A DNA stretch of 64,000 nt from a virus (taxonomy: Duplodnaviria > Caudoviricetes), in the IMG/VR virus record IMGVR_UViG_3300021387_001585, positions 1 through 64,000 of that record, one strand, 5' to 3'. Shown piece after piece: positions 50,355 through 59,899 of the stretch. Below the pieces are notes generated by a model. It ran no database searches, was not told where the DNA came from, and saw only the letters and a list, made by a program, of their open reading frames with translations. The position numbers and the translations under genes are program-made. How positions within the stretch are numbered: position 1 is the first letter of the stretch; the number at the start of each line of letters is the position of its first letter.

Positions 50355-51232
50355 TCTTACGGATTGGCATAGTGCTTTAATTCGCTGATAAGAGGCGGTT
50401 CGTTGGTCTTCTGCAGAGAGTCTGCAGACGTGCTGATAAGACGTCTGCACGACTCACGGAAGAAGACTTAACGCCGCTACTTTGAATCGTTCCGTCCTGC
50501 GAGCATTAGGCAGTATGCGCTGCCATTTTCGTCAGCTATCCTCGCGGTGTGGCATATCGCTTTAGTTGTTTGATGAGTTCCCGCGTTAGAAGCACCGCCA
50601 CAGGTGGCAGCTGTGCGCTAGCACAGAAGCCCATGTGTGGGGGCTTATTGAAAACGCGGGAATCTGAAACCGTTCCGCTCTGATAGCCGTTGGCAGTATG
50701 CGCTGCCATTATTATCGCCTTGCGGCATGGCACATCGCTGTATTGCGTTGATGATAAGTACTGGTTTACCAGAATTGGCATCTGTTCCAGCTCGAAATTC
50801 TCGAGCTGGAACAGATGTGCAACTCTGGTTAAAAAACCGGCACCTAAAGGTGTACCGCCCTACGATAAATTCAGGTTGTGCGACCTGATGTTTCTCTGCT
50901 CCTTGCGACTCGGCACATCGACTGTAACTCGTCGATATTACCAGCGTGTGCCAGAACGAGGCGCCAGGACGCCGTCGGGTGGCAACCGGAACGGCGTCCA
51001 GGCGCCTGCTCTGGTTAAGCACGCTGGATATTAAATCATGCCGCCCTGAACAGCCAGGCTGTGTGCGCAGCCTTGTTATCCACCCTTGCGGTGTGGCATA
51101 GTTCTTTATGGGTTTGATTTAACGTCCCGAACGGGATTCTTACATCTCTTGTGCTGAGCACATCTCTTGTAAGAATCATCTTTCGGGCAGCGATGAATAA
51201 ACCGCCCTGGTGGATGTCCGGTATGCGCCGGA
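50355..51232 (-). ncRNA. RT-associated structured ncRNA array B (5 units: 50355-50524, 50540-50708, 50718-50888, 50901-51073, 51084-51232)
   Basis: Period about 183 nt; same scaffold as array A. Confidence 0.88.
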
Positions 51233-51239
51233 GTTATGA

Positions 51240-51437
51240 TTAACTAATCAATGCCATGCCGTATGGCTTTGCATAGATTACATAGAAGGCCGTCGGCGCA
51301 TCGACACCGAGTAACATGAAGCCATCCTTATCAAAGTAGAGCTCTCGTGCTTCCTCAAAAGTTTCGACATTGTCGACATGTAACTTATGGTCTTCGCTCT
51401 CGCTGAACACCTGATAAACAGCGTAATTAGTTTCCAT
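51240..51437 (-). CDS. small protein between the RT and array B
   Basis: 65 aa; starts 4 nt after the RT stop. Confidence 0.55.
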   Translation of the reverse strand: METNYAVYQVFSESEDHKLHVDNVETFEEARELYFDKDGFMLLGVDAPTAFYVIYAKPYGMALIS

Positions 51438-51441
51438 TTTT

Positions 51442-53034
51442 CTATTCTTTATTAGTCCAACTTCTCAGCACCACCAAGTCGGGGTCGTTCTCGCTCTGCC
51501 AGAACCAGCCCGCACCCTCGGGCATCTGGAAGCCCTGCAAGGCTTTCTCCAACTCCCGCTCGGCCTGCTCACGAGGTACGCCATAGAGCATATCCTCGTT
51601 GCTCAGTTCGCTCTCCGGCAGCGCATAGAAGCGCGGTGTGCGGCTCATCGTCCGCTCCGAGGGGATAGAGTGCTTATAGATAGCATAGAGCGTTTCGAGC
51701 GTTTCTACATCAACGGCGGCAGCAGGTTGTTCACTCTTCACTTTTCGCTTTTCACATCCGTTCAACGAGCGGACCAGCGACTCATACGCCGCCTTGCTCG
51801 TGCGGATAGCATTTTGCATACAACCCAGCGACAGATAGCCGCTGATGTCGTCGCCCGTCTTACGGCGGTTTGCCGACACGTTGCGACCCTTGCCACGGAC
51901 GATGCAGCCCTCACGGCCCTGCTTGTCATAGCCCAGGCCGCCCAGCTTCGTCTTACCCGTATGCACGGCACGCAGACAATCCATCACGAACACGTTCAGC
52001 GTGTCGATGTCCTTACGCACATTCACGATAGGCAACACTTGCGTTGCCCACGAGTGCCCCTGCCCGTCGCCACGGTAGAGATAGCGATTCACACGGTTAA
52101 GCGCCGTCCTGTATGTCGTCGTACCACGACGACGCACCGTCCTCGCCTCAATCTCCCGCTGAAAGCTCTTGATGCGAGTAGAGCTCAGGCTGATGCTCTT
52201 CCCCTTGATAGAGAAGCCCAGGAACTTAAACCAGTGGTCGGCATCCAGCCACTCCACCTTCTTCGGGTTCAGCTTCATGTCCATAGCGGCCAGTTCCTCC
52301 GTGAGTATCTGCATAGCCTTTTCAGCATCCGGCCCGATGAACAGCATATCGTCCGAGTAGCGGACGTAATAGCCATTCAACTGCGCCAGACGCTCGTCTA
52401 TGTGATAGAGAATGACGTCGGCCAGCCACGAGGCCACCGAACAGCCCTGCTTCAGCGACTGGTACTTGCTTTCCAGCTCGCCTTCCGGCGTGAAGTACAG
52501 GTCAGCATGATAGTACTTCCTGAGCACATCCAAAAGGGCACTCTTGCCGTGCCGTTCTTCCACCATGTCGAATGCCTGGTCGATATAGCGCAGAGGCACC
52601 GAATCGAAATACTTGCTCAGGTCGGATTTCCACCCAAGCCGTCCTGTGTGTTGCGACGTCGCAACGATAGCCGCAGAAACTTCCTGCACCACCCTGCCAC
52701 AGCCCACACCCTTCAGGTACGACTTGCAACGCGGATGCACCCTGTCAGCCATCAGTTCAAAGAGCAGGTCGTTGGCAATAGATAACAACACACGGTCAGC
52801 CGCCTCGTTCACATACACCGTGCGGAACTCGCCCGGCGTATCTTTCGGAATAAGCGCCGTATGTGGCGGTGCAATCTCGTACTGCCCGTCACGGATAGCC
52901 TTACACATCCGCAGCCGCATTTCCGGCTTGCATAACTGGAAGAGCACGTTCTTCGGAACGTCCTTACCCACGCCCTTGGCGATGGCGTATTCCCACCGCC
53001 CACCGTCGAAGAACATTTCTAAAATTTTATCCAT
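51442..53034 (-). CDS. reverse transcriptase, unknown-group type (possibly UG27-like)
   Basis: IPK..GEFR, DRV, SDLSKYFDSV, LKQG, YVRYSDD, LNPKK, FLGF. Confidence 0.93.
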   Translation of the reverse strand: MDKILEMFFDGGRWEYAIAKGVGKDVPKNVLFQLCKPEMRLRMCKAIRDGQYEIAPPHTALIPKDTPGEFRTVYVNEAADRVLLSIANDLLFELMADRVHPRCKSYLKGVGCGRVVQEVSAAIVATSQHTGRLGWKSDLSKYFDSVPLRYIDQAFDMVEERHGKSALLDVLRKYYHADLYFTPEGELESKYQSLKQGCSVASWLADVILYHIDERLAQLNGYYVRYSDDMLFIGPDAEKAMQILTEELAAMDMKLNPKKVEWLDADHWFKFLGFSIKGKSISLSSTRIKSFQREIEARTVRRRGTTTYRTALNRVNRYLYRGDGQGHSWATQVLPIVNVRKDIDTLNVFVMDCLRAVHTGKTKLGGLGYDKQGREGCIVRGKGRNVSANRRKTGDDISGYLSLGCMQNAIRTSKAAYESLVRSLNGCEKRKVKSEQPAAAVDVETLETLYAIYKHSIPSERTMSRTPRFYALPESELSNEDMLYGVPREQAERELEKALQGFQMPEGAGWFWQSENDPDLVVLRSWTNKE

Positions 53035-53048
53035 AGTTTCGTTTTAAT

Positions 53049-53435
53049 TTATAGTTTCAATTCACACTCATTAATTTCACCGATAGTGCGGTTGGCATAA
53101 CTATCCTCGAAGCGAAAGTCGTCTTTGCTTTTCGTGCTTACCTCCTTGTCATACTCATTCTCGGAATTCAGCGTCTGCCATTCATCGTCCAGGCACTTGC
53201 GAGCTTCCTCCTCGGTAGCGAATACATTCACCGACACGCCAGGTGGGCCATATTTAAAGTCATTCAGGAACGTAACGACATAGACCTTCTTCCGCTCTTC
53301 CGCCGACTTTACGGCGGCAATAGTTTTTAACGAGTTTGCGATGTCACTCAGCAGGCTTGGCACCCGCTCCATGAATCTCTGTTCTAATACTGTCATAGCC
53401 GTTGGTTTTTGTTTTTTATTATTCATACTTGGCAT
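53049..53435 (-). CDS. hypothetical protein
   Basis: Immediately upstream of the RT; VFATEEEA motif. Confidence 0.6.
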   Translation of the reverse strand: MPSMNNKKQKPTAMTVLEQRFMERVPSLLSDIANSLKTIAAVKSAEERKKVYVVTFLNDFKYGPPGVSVNVFATEEEARKCLDDEWQTLNSENEYDKEVSTKSKDDFRFEDSYANRTIGEINECELKL

Positions 53436-53584
53436 ATTCCAGCCCCTTTTTCTTTTTCAATAGCGTTCCCTGAAAGCGCATTGCGCTAATAAAGTCTGGG
53501 AAACTCTTTCGTTGTTCTGCCTTGCCGGCATACTTCCATACCACTGTTGTCATAGTCTTATTTGTTTAATTCGTTGTTCTGAAA

Positions 53585-53620
53585 AGCCCCTCCCTGCAGG
53601 GGAGGGGTTGGGGTGGGGCT
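53585..53620. repeat. GC-rich REP-like palindrome family (also 26229-26268, 44122-44160, 48487-48524, 54277-54311, 55383-55415, 63414-63440, 63489-63522)
   Basis: CCCCTCCC-N-GGGGAGGGG-TTGGGGTGGGGC consensus. Confidence 0.75.
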
Positions 53621-53621
53621 T

Positions 53622-54110
53622 CTAATAGTGATAGTCTATGATAGCCCCGATGTATATGTGGTCGCCCTCCTTCAACTGAGAGTTCGCCCACTCGAACAGC
53701 TCCCCAAAGGGATAAGCCACGCCGCCACACCAGTCCTCAATGGTGACACGATAGGAAATGTCAACATGTGTACGCTCCGTAACCTCACGGAGGCTGAACA
53801 ACCGCAACTCCGTGAGGAGATTGTCTGCGGTCAGTTCGTTAGCCATCTCCTTGATGCGGTCGGCCCACTTCTGCTTGAACTCGTGAAGGGCTTCCTTGCC
53901 CTTATAGACGAGCACGCCGTCGCCGACGGCAGTGAACACGTCTTTCACGCTAACGGCAAACCAGCCGATGTAGTTTTCACGCTCTTCGCCCAGAACCTCG
54001 TCGCCGATGTAGTCGGCAAAGTCGCCGCTATTATCATAGAAGTCCGAAGGACTTGCGTAGTCCTCCTTGCTGATAGGCTGACTACTGATTTGATAAATCT
54101 TGCTGTGCAT
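53622..54110 (-). CDS. hypothetical protein
   Basis: MHSKIYQIS...YIGAIIDYHY; candidate RT-system member. Confidence 0.65.
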   Translation of the reverse strand: MHSKIYQISSQPISKEDYASPSDFYDNSGDFADYIGDEVLGEERENYIGWFAVSVKDVFTAVGDGVLVYKGKEALHEFKQKWADRIKEMANELTADNLLTELRLFSLREVTERTHVDISYRVTIEDWCGGVAYPFGELFEWANSQLKEGDHIYIGAIIDYHY

Positions 54111-54310
54111 AATTGTTGTGTTTTATTAGTTCATAATGTCACTCATAAGGTCGTACAGCGACCCCCAATCCGTAGGCATCTCGCCATTGATGGCGGCCTC
54201 GATGTTCCCATTATTTTCGTCCATAGTTATTGCCCGTCATGCCGATAGCGCAGCGTTAAATTCGTTGTTCTGAAAAACCTCTCCCTACGGGGGAGGGGTT
54301 GGGGAGAGGC

Positions 54311-55342
54311 TTACGCTGCCTTCATGTGGCGCTTGATGTTCTCGGGAATGTCGCCGCCTGCCATGATGGCCTGAAGAATCTCGGCTACGTCCTTGTCGGT
54401 GTGGCCCTTGCTCGCCCCTACCTCGGGCGCGGTGGTTGGGCTGCTCTTGGGAGCCTTCTTCGCCGCCCACTCAGCCTTCTTGGCCTCCCAGCGGGCCTTG
54501 CCGTCGGCCTGCGCCTGCTCATGTTCAGCCTGGCAGTCTGCTTCGGCCTTGGCAATAGCCTTGGCATCGCCACTGTTGTAAGCGTCGCAGAGCGCCTTGG
54601 CGCATTCCATATAGCGAGTGCCGAACAGCAACACGTACACCTTGTCGCCGTTCAGGTCGCGGCGATAGGAAGCTGCGCACCACTTGTGTCCCTTGTCCTT
54701 GTGCGACTTCCAGCGCGGGTCGTCCTCACCCGTGAAGCCGATAATCTGCGGAGCGGTGTCGCCACGCTTGGTCTTGTATGTGGAAAACTTCACCACAGAG
54801 GTAGCGGTAGCAGAGGGCACAGAGACTTCCACGCGCTCGGTCTCAGGCTTCTGCTTCTTCTTCAGCGTCACCTTCTTGGGCTCCTCCTTGATTTCCTCGG
54901 CGACGGCATCCTCGGCAGGTCGGGTAGAGAAGCCCGGCTTGCCGATAACGAGCGTACCGTGCTCGCCCAGCGGCACCGTCACCGCCTTGTCCTCCTTCTT
55001 CTTCGGAGCCTCCAGTTGGTCGCAGATAGCCACCCTCTTCCCAGCCTTAATGAGCTTCGGCAGGTAGGTGTCGAGGGCATGATAGGGGAAGCCGGCCATC
55101 TCGTAGCCGTCAGCATGTTTCGTGAGCGTGATGCCCAGCACCTCTGCAGCGACCTTCGCATCCTCCTTGTAGGTCTCATAGAAGTCGCCGCAGCGGAACA
55201 GGAGCATAGCATCGGGATGCTTCTCCTTCAACTGCTTGAACTGCTTCATCATAGGGCTCTCGTGGTTAGAAACTTGTGCGTTCTGCACGTTAGCACTCTC
55301 GGTCTTGTTAGTGGCATTCTTGCCAATGTTTAACTTTGCCAT
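54311..55342 (-). CDS. MutS domain I (mismatch-binding) protein without an ATPase domain
   Basis: [23 protein letters not shown]...LGITLT...[14 protein letters not shown]...G.RVAICDQ. Confidence 0.88.
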   Translation of the reverse strand: MAKLNIGKNATNKTESANVQNAQVSNHESPMMKQFKQLKEKHPDAMLLFRCGDFYETYKEDAKVAAEVLGITLTKHADGYEMAGFPYHALDTYLPKLIKAGKRVAICDQLEAPKKKEDKAVTVPLGEHGTLVIGKPGFSTRPAEDAVAEEIKEEPKKVTLKKKQKPETERVEVSVPSATATSVVKFSTYKTKRGDTAPQIIGFTGEDDPRWKSHKDKGHKWCAASYRRDLNGDKVYVLLFGTRYMECAKALCDAYNSGDAKAIAKAEADCQAEHEQAQADGKARWEAKKAEWAAKKAPKSSPTTAPEVGASKGHTDKDVAEILQAIMAGGDIPENIKRHMKAA

Positions 55343-55416
55343 AGCTTGTTTTTATTTTGAGTTTGTTTGATTTGTTTTGTAAAGCCCCTCCCTTGGGGAG
55401 GGGTTGGGGTGGGCTC

Positions 55417-56439
55417 TTAGATGCCCAGTCCGTAGCGGTCTGAGATATATTCCACAAAACTTTCGTTCTGCGGAAGGATGTTCGGCAGGTCCATAGAGGC
55501 TACCTTATAGAGCGCCGTAGCACTCTGATATACATCGTACAGCGCCACCTCCTGCTTGCGGCTGAACGTCAGCAGCAACGACTCCGTGAAGCGGCTTATC
55601 TGCGTCTGTGTCAGCGGATAGCAGTTGCCTTGTGCCATGCCGCGAATGTCGCGGTTGCTGCTGTCGAACGCCACACGGGTAGCCGTCAACTCGCCGACCA
55701 TCTGGAACAGGTCGTTTGGAGAGACGGGAATGCGCTTCATGCGCTCCAGCACCTCCATGTCGTCGGCAAAGCGATAGCCCTGCACCATCTGGCGGACACG
55801 CTCAATGAACGTCTTCACATCCATCTGTGTGCGGTCGCCGTTGCCGTAACTGCTAACGAGGTGACTGGCACCGAGGATAGTCTGGTTGCGGCATGCCTTG
55901 CAGTTTGCACCGATAGCCACCTGCAAGCCACGCTGATTCGTGGCCACAACAATGTTTGCCATATGGGTGTCGGTAACGTATCTTGTGAGCGAGATATTGC
56001 AGAACACGCGGTTGAACGTCACCGCTGCAAAGGGGATGTTCTTTGTTCCCGTTCGCTCCTGGTACTGCTCCGTCAGCTGCTTGTTGATAGCGATTCCGTT
56101 GCCCTGTGCGCGGTTCTTGTTGTCGGCCACGAACAGGTCTTCAATAGTACACTCTGCATGATACTGCTTTGCGATTGCAGTAACCTTCATAATGAGCGAA
56201 TAGGCATTGATGCCGTTGCTCAGATTTCCATCGCGGTCGGTCAGGTCGGCACTTGCCTGCAGCTGTGCCATAGTGATGCCCTTCGTCTTGCTCTCGTCAA
56301 GCGGGGCAAAGTACACTGTATTGTCGCTGATAGGCGCGATTCTTTTGTTCTCGTCTACGAGGCTCAGCAGAATGTCCTCGTTCGTAATCTCTTGAATGAC
56401 GGGTGCTGCAACCACCCCCTTGTTAATAGAAAATGCCAT
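55417..56439 (-). CDS. hypothetical protein (possibly DUF932/DUF3871-like)
   Basis: G.N...C.NQ motif and LYDVYQSATALYK; weak resemblance only. Confidence 0.5.
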   Translation of the reverse strand: MAFSINKGVVAAPVIQEITNEDILLSLVDENKRIAPISDNTVYFAPLDESKTKGITMAQLQASADLTDRDGNLSNGINAYSLIMKVTAIAKQYHAECTIEDLFVADNKNRAQGNGIAINKQLTEQYQERTGTKNIPFAAVTFNRVFCNISLTRYVTDTHMANIVVATNQRGLQVAIGANCKACRNQTILGASHLVSSYGNGDRTQMDVKTFIERVRQMVQGYRFADDMEVLERMKRIPVSPNDLFQMVGELTATRVAFDSSNRDIRGMAQGNCYPLTQTQISRFTESLLLTFSRKQEVALYDVYQSATALYKVASMDLPNILPQNESFVEYISDRYGLGI

Positions 56440-56487
56440 AGCTTTAATGATTTTGAGTTTCAAGTTTCAAGTTTTAAGTTTCGAGTT

Positions 56488-56967
56488 TCAAGCCGCCAAT
56501 TCGATTTCACCCCACCATCCGTTCACGCTGCGCAGGTCGTCCTCATAGAGTTTGTCGAGGCAGCGATAGAACAGCTCAGCCACCGCACGATGGGCGGCAT
56601 CGTTCTCAATCTGATAGAGCACGCAGTTGAAAAATTTGAACATCGAGCGGCGGAATGTCGACTTGTCCATCACCTCTTTCGTTTTCGAGAAGATGATGCC
56701 GTTCGAGGACGTATAGCCCTCGGTGCGGATGAGTGCGCCCATCTTGCGATAGGCTTCAAACACATCGTCGTAGTTCTCCTCATCGGGCATCACTTCGTCG
56801 TCGTACCGTTCGCACACGCTCGCCACGTTTAGCGCATAGGCATGCTCGAACTGCTGGCGCACGTTGTCGATAAACCACTTGTGCGGGTCACGCTTGGCTT
56901 CCTCGAAGCCACACATCAGGCCAGCGGCCTTGATGTACTCCTTTTTGTCAATTACAAAACTGCTCAT
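56488..56967 (-). CDS. hypothetical protein
   Basis: Operon ORF. Confidence 0.6.
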   Translation of the reverse strand: MSSFVIDKKEYIKAAGLMCGFEEAKRDPHKWFIDNVRQQFEHAYALNVASVCERYDDEVMPDEENYDDVFEAYRKMGALIRTEGYTSSNGIIFSKTKEVMDKSTFRRSMFKFFNCVLYQIENDAAHRAVAELFYRCLDKLYEDDLRSVNGWWGEIELAA

Positions 56968-56972
56968 AGCCG

Positions 56973-57341
56973 TTATTGTTTTTCATTAATTAAGTTCATT
57001 ATCTCAATCATCGCCTCGGCCATCTCGTCGCCATACTTCCGGCGCATTTCAATCTCTCCGGACGACACATAGAGCCGCCCCACCACATAGTCGGCATAGG
57101 GCGACAGGATATTCTGCTCACCACGCAGCCACTCGGCCACCTCGCGGTTAGCATCATCACGTTTTCGGCCCTCCTTCAGCAGGGCCACCAGTCGCGGACG
57201 GGTCTCGCCAAGTATCCGCAGAGCCTCCTTATGAGGCAACATCACGTTTGCTACTTCCATAGTCGTTTTCTTTTGAGGGTTACTTTTCCACCATCCACAC
57301 GTCACGGATGACTGCTCATAATTACGTTGTTTAGATTTCAC
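56973..57341 (-). CDS. hypothetical protein
   Basis: Operon ORF; true start probably 57261. Confidence 0.5.
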   Translation of the reverse strand: MKSKQRNYEQSSVTCGWWKSNPQKKTTMEVANVMLPHKEALRILGETRPRLVALLKEGRKRDDANREVAEWLRGEQNILSPYADYVVGRLYVSSGEIEMRRKYGDEMAEAMIEIMNLINEKQ

Positions 57342-57663
57342 ACAAATTCCTCACCATTTCCTTCAGCTCTTGCTCCGTCTCCACACCAAGACGGCGATAC
57401 TCGCGGTTGAGTTCTGCCGTGGTAATGTACTTTGGCATAGCGTAATACTCCGCTGGGTACTCCACGCGGATAGCCTTCGCCTCGTCTTCCACGTAGTCGT
57501 AGTCACCAGTGTCCTCGGCCTCGTAGAGGTCCATAGACACGTTCATCTTGTATGCGCGGCCGCTCATCGTCACCACGCTTGCCTCGGCCTTGAAGCCGAG
57601 TTCCTTTGCCGCCTTGTTGATGAAAGCGGCAAAGGTCTTCGATACTTTCACTTTCATAGTCAT
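57331..57663 (-). CDS. hypothetical protein
   Basis: Operon ORF. Confidence 0.6.
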   Translation of the reverse strand: MTMKVKVSKTFAAFINKAAKELGFKAEASVVTMSGRAYKMNVSMDLYEAEDTGDYDYVEDEAKAIRVEYPAEYYAMPKYITTAELNREYRRLGVETEQELKEMVRNLCEI

Positions 57664-57977
57664 GCTGCTTCTAAGTCCTTCATCATTCCCGATGCCACCA
57701 CATCCTCACAGTGATAGCCGTCGGGCGTTGCTATAATCTCGTAGTGCGCATCGTCGCGGCAGAGCGTAGCGAACAGCGTAGTCCACCCTCGCTCGATAGC
57801 CTGCTTGCGCCACCCCTTCAGGTAGTTTAGGGCCGTCTCCTTGCGCTTCACCGATACGCGGTTGAAGTCGTGCCCGTACTCCTGGGGGTTGTGCCCCTCG
57901 TTAATCTCACGTCGTGCCGCCTCGATATAGGTCGGCGCACCATACCAATGCTGAATGATAAATGTCTGCTTTGCCAT
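57660..57977 (-). CDS. hypothetical protein
   Basis: Operon ORF. Confidence 0.6.
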   Translation of the reverse strand: MAKQTFIIQHWYGAPTYIEAARREINEGHNPQEYGHDFNRVSVKRKETALNYLKGWRKQAIERGWTTLFATLCRDDAHYEIIATPDGYHCEDVVASGMMKDLEAA

Positions 57978-58003
57978 AATTCAATTCGTTTTTAGTCCAC
58001 ACT

Positions 58004-58291
58004 TCATGCCGCCATAGCCATCTGCACGGGCAGGGCCATATTCAGAAGCGGCACATTTACTTCGGGAAGGAAAGGCATCTGAAGCCACACAACCGTATAG
58101 CCCCAATCCTCGTCTATAGGCGAGAACGTCCCAAAGAACGCCTCGCAAATCATTCTAACGTCAGACATTACAGGCACGTTGACCTTGTCGATAGCCAACT
58201 GGTCTTCATCCGACCAGTCGCAAAAATTAGCACCATGTGCCTCGGCACACCGCTGCATAGCCTGTTTGAGGTTTTCCAAATTTGCTTCCAT
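58004..58291 (-). CDS. hypothetical protein
   Basis: Start MEANL. Confidence 0.55.
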   Translation of the reverse strand: MEANLENLKQAMQRCAEAHGANFCDWSDEDQLAIDKVNVPVMSDVRMICEAFFGTFSPIDEDWGYTVVWLQMPFLPEVNVPLLNMALPVQMAMAA

Positions 58292-58295
58292 AATT

Positions 58296-58625
58296 CTAAG
58301 CTGCTTTAGGTAGTCCTTGTTCTTCTCGTTCATCGTAGGGGATATAGAGCAGGTCGGCCTTGATGAGTGCGTCGATAGCCACACGGGCACACTTGCAGGC
58401 CCATTCATCACGCGGATCGTACCAGCCCTTACGCTGATACATGGCCAGCACCTTCAGGTACTCGATGGCCAGCTCTCCACGCTGCCCCACCAGATAGCGG
58501 TGGTCGCGAGCCATAGCCCGCGCCACGTCGCGCTTGTGATAGAGACCACCGTTGATAAAATCGCTCTCCGTCTTCACGAACTGCTGTTCGCTCTCTGTCA
58601 GGTTCAGTTCTCCGTCGTACATCAT
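58296..58625 (-). CDS. hypothetical protein
   Basis: YDPRDEWAC motif. Confidence 0.6.
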   Translation of the reverse strand: MMYDGELNLTESEQQFVKTESDFINGGLYHKRDVARAMARDHRYLVGQRGELAIEYLKVLAMYQRKGWYDPRDEWACKCARVAIDALIKADLLYIPYDEREEQGLPKAA

Positions 58626-58628
58626 AGC

Positions 58629-58925
58629 TCAGTCCTCCAATTTAATCAGAAGAATGACGGTCAGACCGCCATTGCGGTTGTCTTTAGAGTCGGTAGGTAC
58701 GATTGTGTACGGTCCACCGACATAGTGGTCCTTTAGCTTCTCCAAGTCAACGGACAACACGCAGTCTGTCCATACGGCCACATACTCGCCTGGCTCCGCG
58801 AGCCATAATGGCGGATTGCCAAAGTACCCCTCATAGTCAAACTCGTTGTCGATAGTCACGGTTTGCATTGACTCAGTGTCAATAGAATTGTCTACCAACC
58901 ACTTCAAAAAATCTTTTGCTTTCAT
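58629..58925 (-). CDS. hypothetical protein
   Basis: Operon ORF. Confidence 0.55.
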   Translation of the reverse strand: MKAKDFLKWLVDNSIDTESMQTVTIDNEFDYEGYFGNPPLWLAEPGEYVAVWTDCVLSVDLEKLKDHYVGGPYTIVPTDSKDNRNGGLTVILLIKLED

Positions 58926-58941
58926 AGTCGTGTCCTCCTGA

Positions 58942-59130
58942 TTATGCGAGCATCCCGTCGAACGGGTTCCACGTATAGTTAATAACTGTCCCGTCCATGG
59001 GAATGTAGTCCTCGCCGAACTCTTTTTTAAGGTCGGCGATAGCAGTCTGTGCTGCCAGTGCAGCCATACTTACCACGACAGCTTTCTTGGCGCTTTTCTT
59101 GGCTGCGCCTGCCATTTTCTTTGCCTTCAT
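58942..59130 (-). CDS. hypothetical protein
   Basis: Operon ORF. Confidence 0.5.
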   Translation of the reverse strand: MKAKKMAGAAKKSAKKAVVVSMAALAAQTAIADLKKEFGEDYIPMDGTVINYTWNPFDGMLA

Positions 59131-59163
59131 AACTTTTTGTGATTTTGAGTTTGTAATTTTGAG

Positions 59164-59391
59164 TTAGCGTGTACCGAATCGCTTTAGTCCGAGAATGAGG
59201 AATGCCTCGACGGCAAGGCCCACTGTAAGCCCAATAGGAGCGAGAGCCAGCGCCAAAAACGTGCCAGCGATACCAAACACGTCGGCCAGATAGTTCAACG
59301 TACACATGCAAGACATGAAACTTACCATGCCTACGACGAACACGATGACGATAAACGATGCCCACGATAGGGCGTTCTTAATCTTTTTCAT
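59164..59391 (-). CDS. small membrane protein
   Basis: Two hydrophobic helices. Confidence 0.55.
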   Translation of the reverse strand: MKKIKNALSWASFIVIVFVVGMVSFMSCMCTLNYLADVFGIAGTFLALALAPIGLTVGLAVEAFLILGLKRFGTR

Positions 59392-59591
59392 GCTGCTTTT
59401 TTGTTTACGGGGTTAATAGACTCTGTGTTCTCTGCTTTCTCTGTGTGCTCCGTGCGAGCGTCAGCGAGATGGAAACACCACCACGCTGCGCCCATCAACA
59501 CGAGCGCATAGATACCCTGAATAGGGTTCTGCTCCACGCCTGATGCCAGGCAGAAGGCGAGAGCTGCAATAAATCCTCCGATTGTTTTCAT
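59388..59591 (-). CDS. small membrane protein
   Basis: Two hydrophobic helices. Confidence 0.55.
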   Translation of the reverse strand: MKTIGGFIAALAFCLASGVEQNPIQGIYALVLMGAAWWCFHLADARTEHTEKAENTESINPVNKKAA

Positions 59592-59615
59592 TCGTTTGTC
59601 CTCCGATGATTATAG

Positions 59616-59804
59616 TTAAACTTCCTCGATTAGTTCGTATCCATGATTGAAACACCACTGCAACGCACGCTCAAAGCTGCGTGCCTTCAGCGTCTCGATA
59701 GGTGCCCAAAGCCCCTTGCTCGTGTCGACAACACGAAATCTCTTCATAGGCTGCACGTTCACAGGCTGCACGATAGTAGCCTTCAGTTTTATACAATTCT
59801 CCAT
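59616..59804 (-). CDS. hypothetical protein
   Basis: Operon ORF. Confidence 0.5.
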   Translation of the reverse strand: MENCIKLKATIVQPVNVQPMKRFRVVDTSKGLWAPIETLKARSFERALQWCFNHGYELIEEV

Positions 59805-59831
59805 AGTCCTGTCCTCCAGATTTTTCTTAGC

Positions 59832-59899
59832 AGGAGAGCACGGTCTCGAACCGCATAGACACCCGTCTGGGTATCCATAGTCCAGCTATATGCTCTCCT
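59832..59899 (-). ncRNA. tRNA-like element T1
   Basis: AGGAGAGC/GCTCTCCT stem and GCGG-TTCGAGA-CCGT T-arm. Confidence 0.55.

Noticed and set aside
50536-51034. ORFs overlapping the arrays (50536-50781, 50645-51022, 50690-51034, 48646-48867, 48894-49154)
   Set aside because: They lack credible leaders or protein-like features, and the region is better explained by RNA structure.
48317-51232. CRISPR array interpretation
   Set aside because: There are no identical direct repeats, the period is about 160-210 nt, the variable parts are self-complementary, and no cas genes are present.
51442-53034. DGR, retron or group II intron RT
   Set aside because: I saw no TR/VR pair differing at adenines, no Avd-like gene, no retron VTG or NAxxH motif, and no intron domain V or interrupted host gene. 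This was a visual check only.
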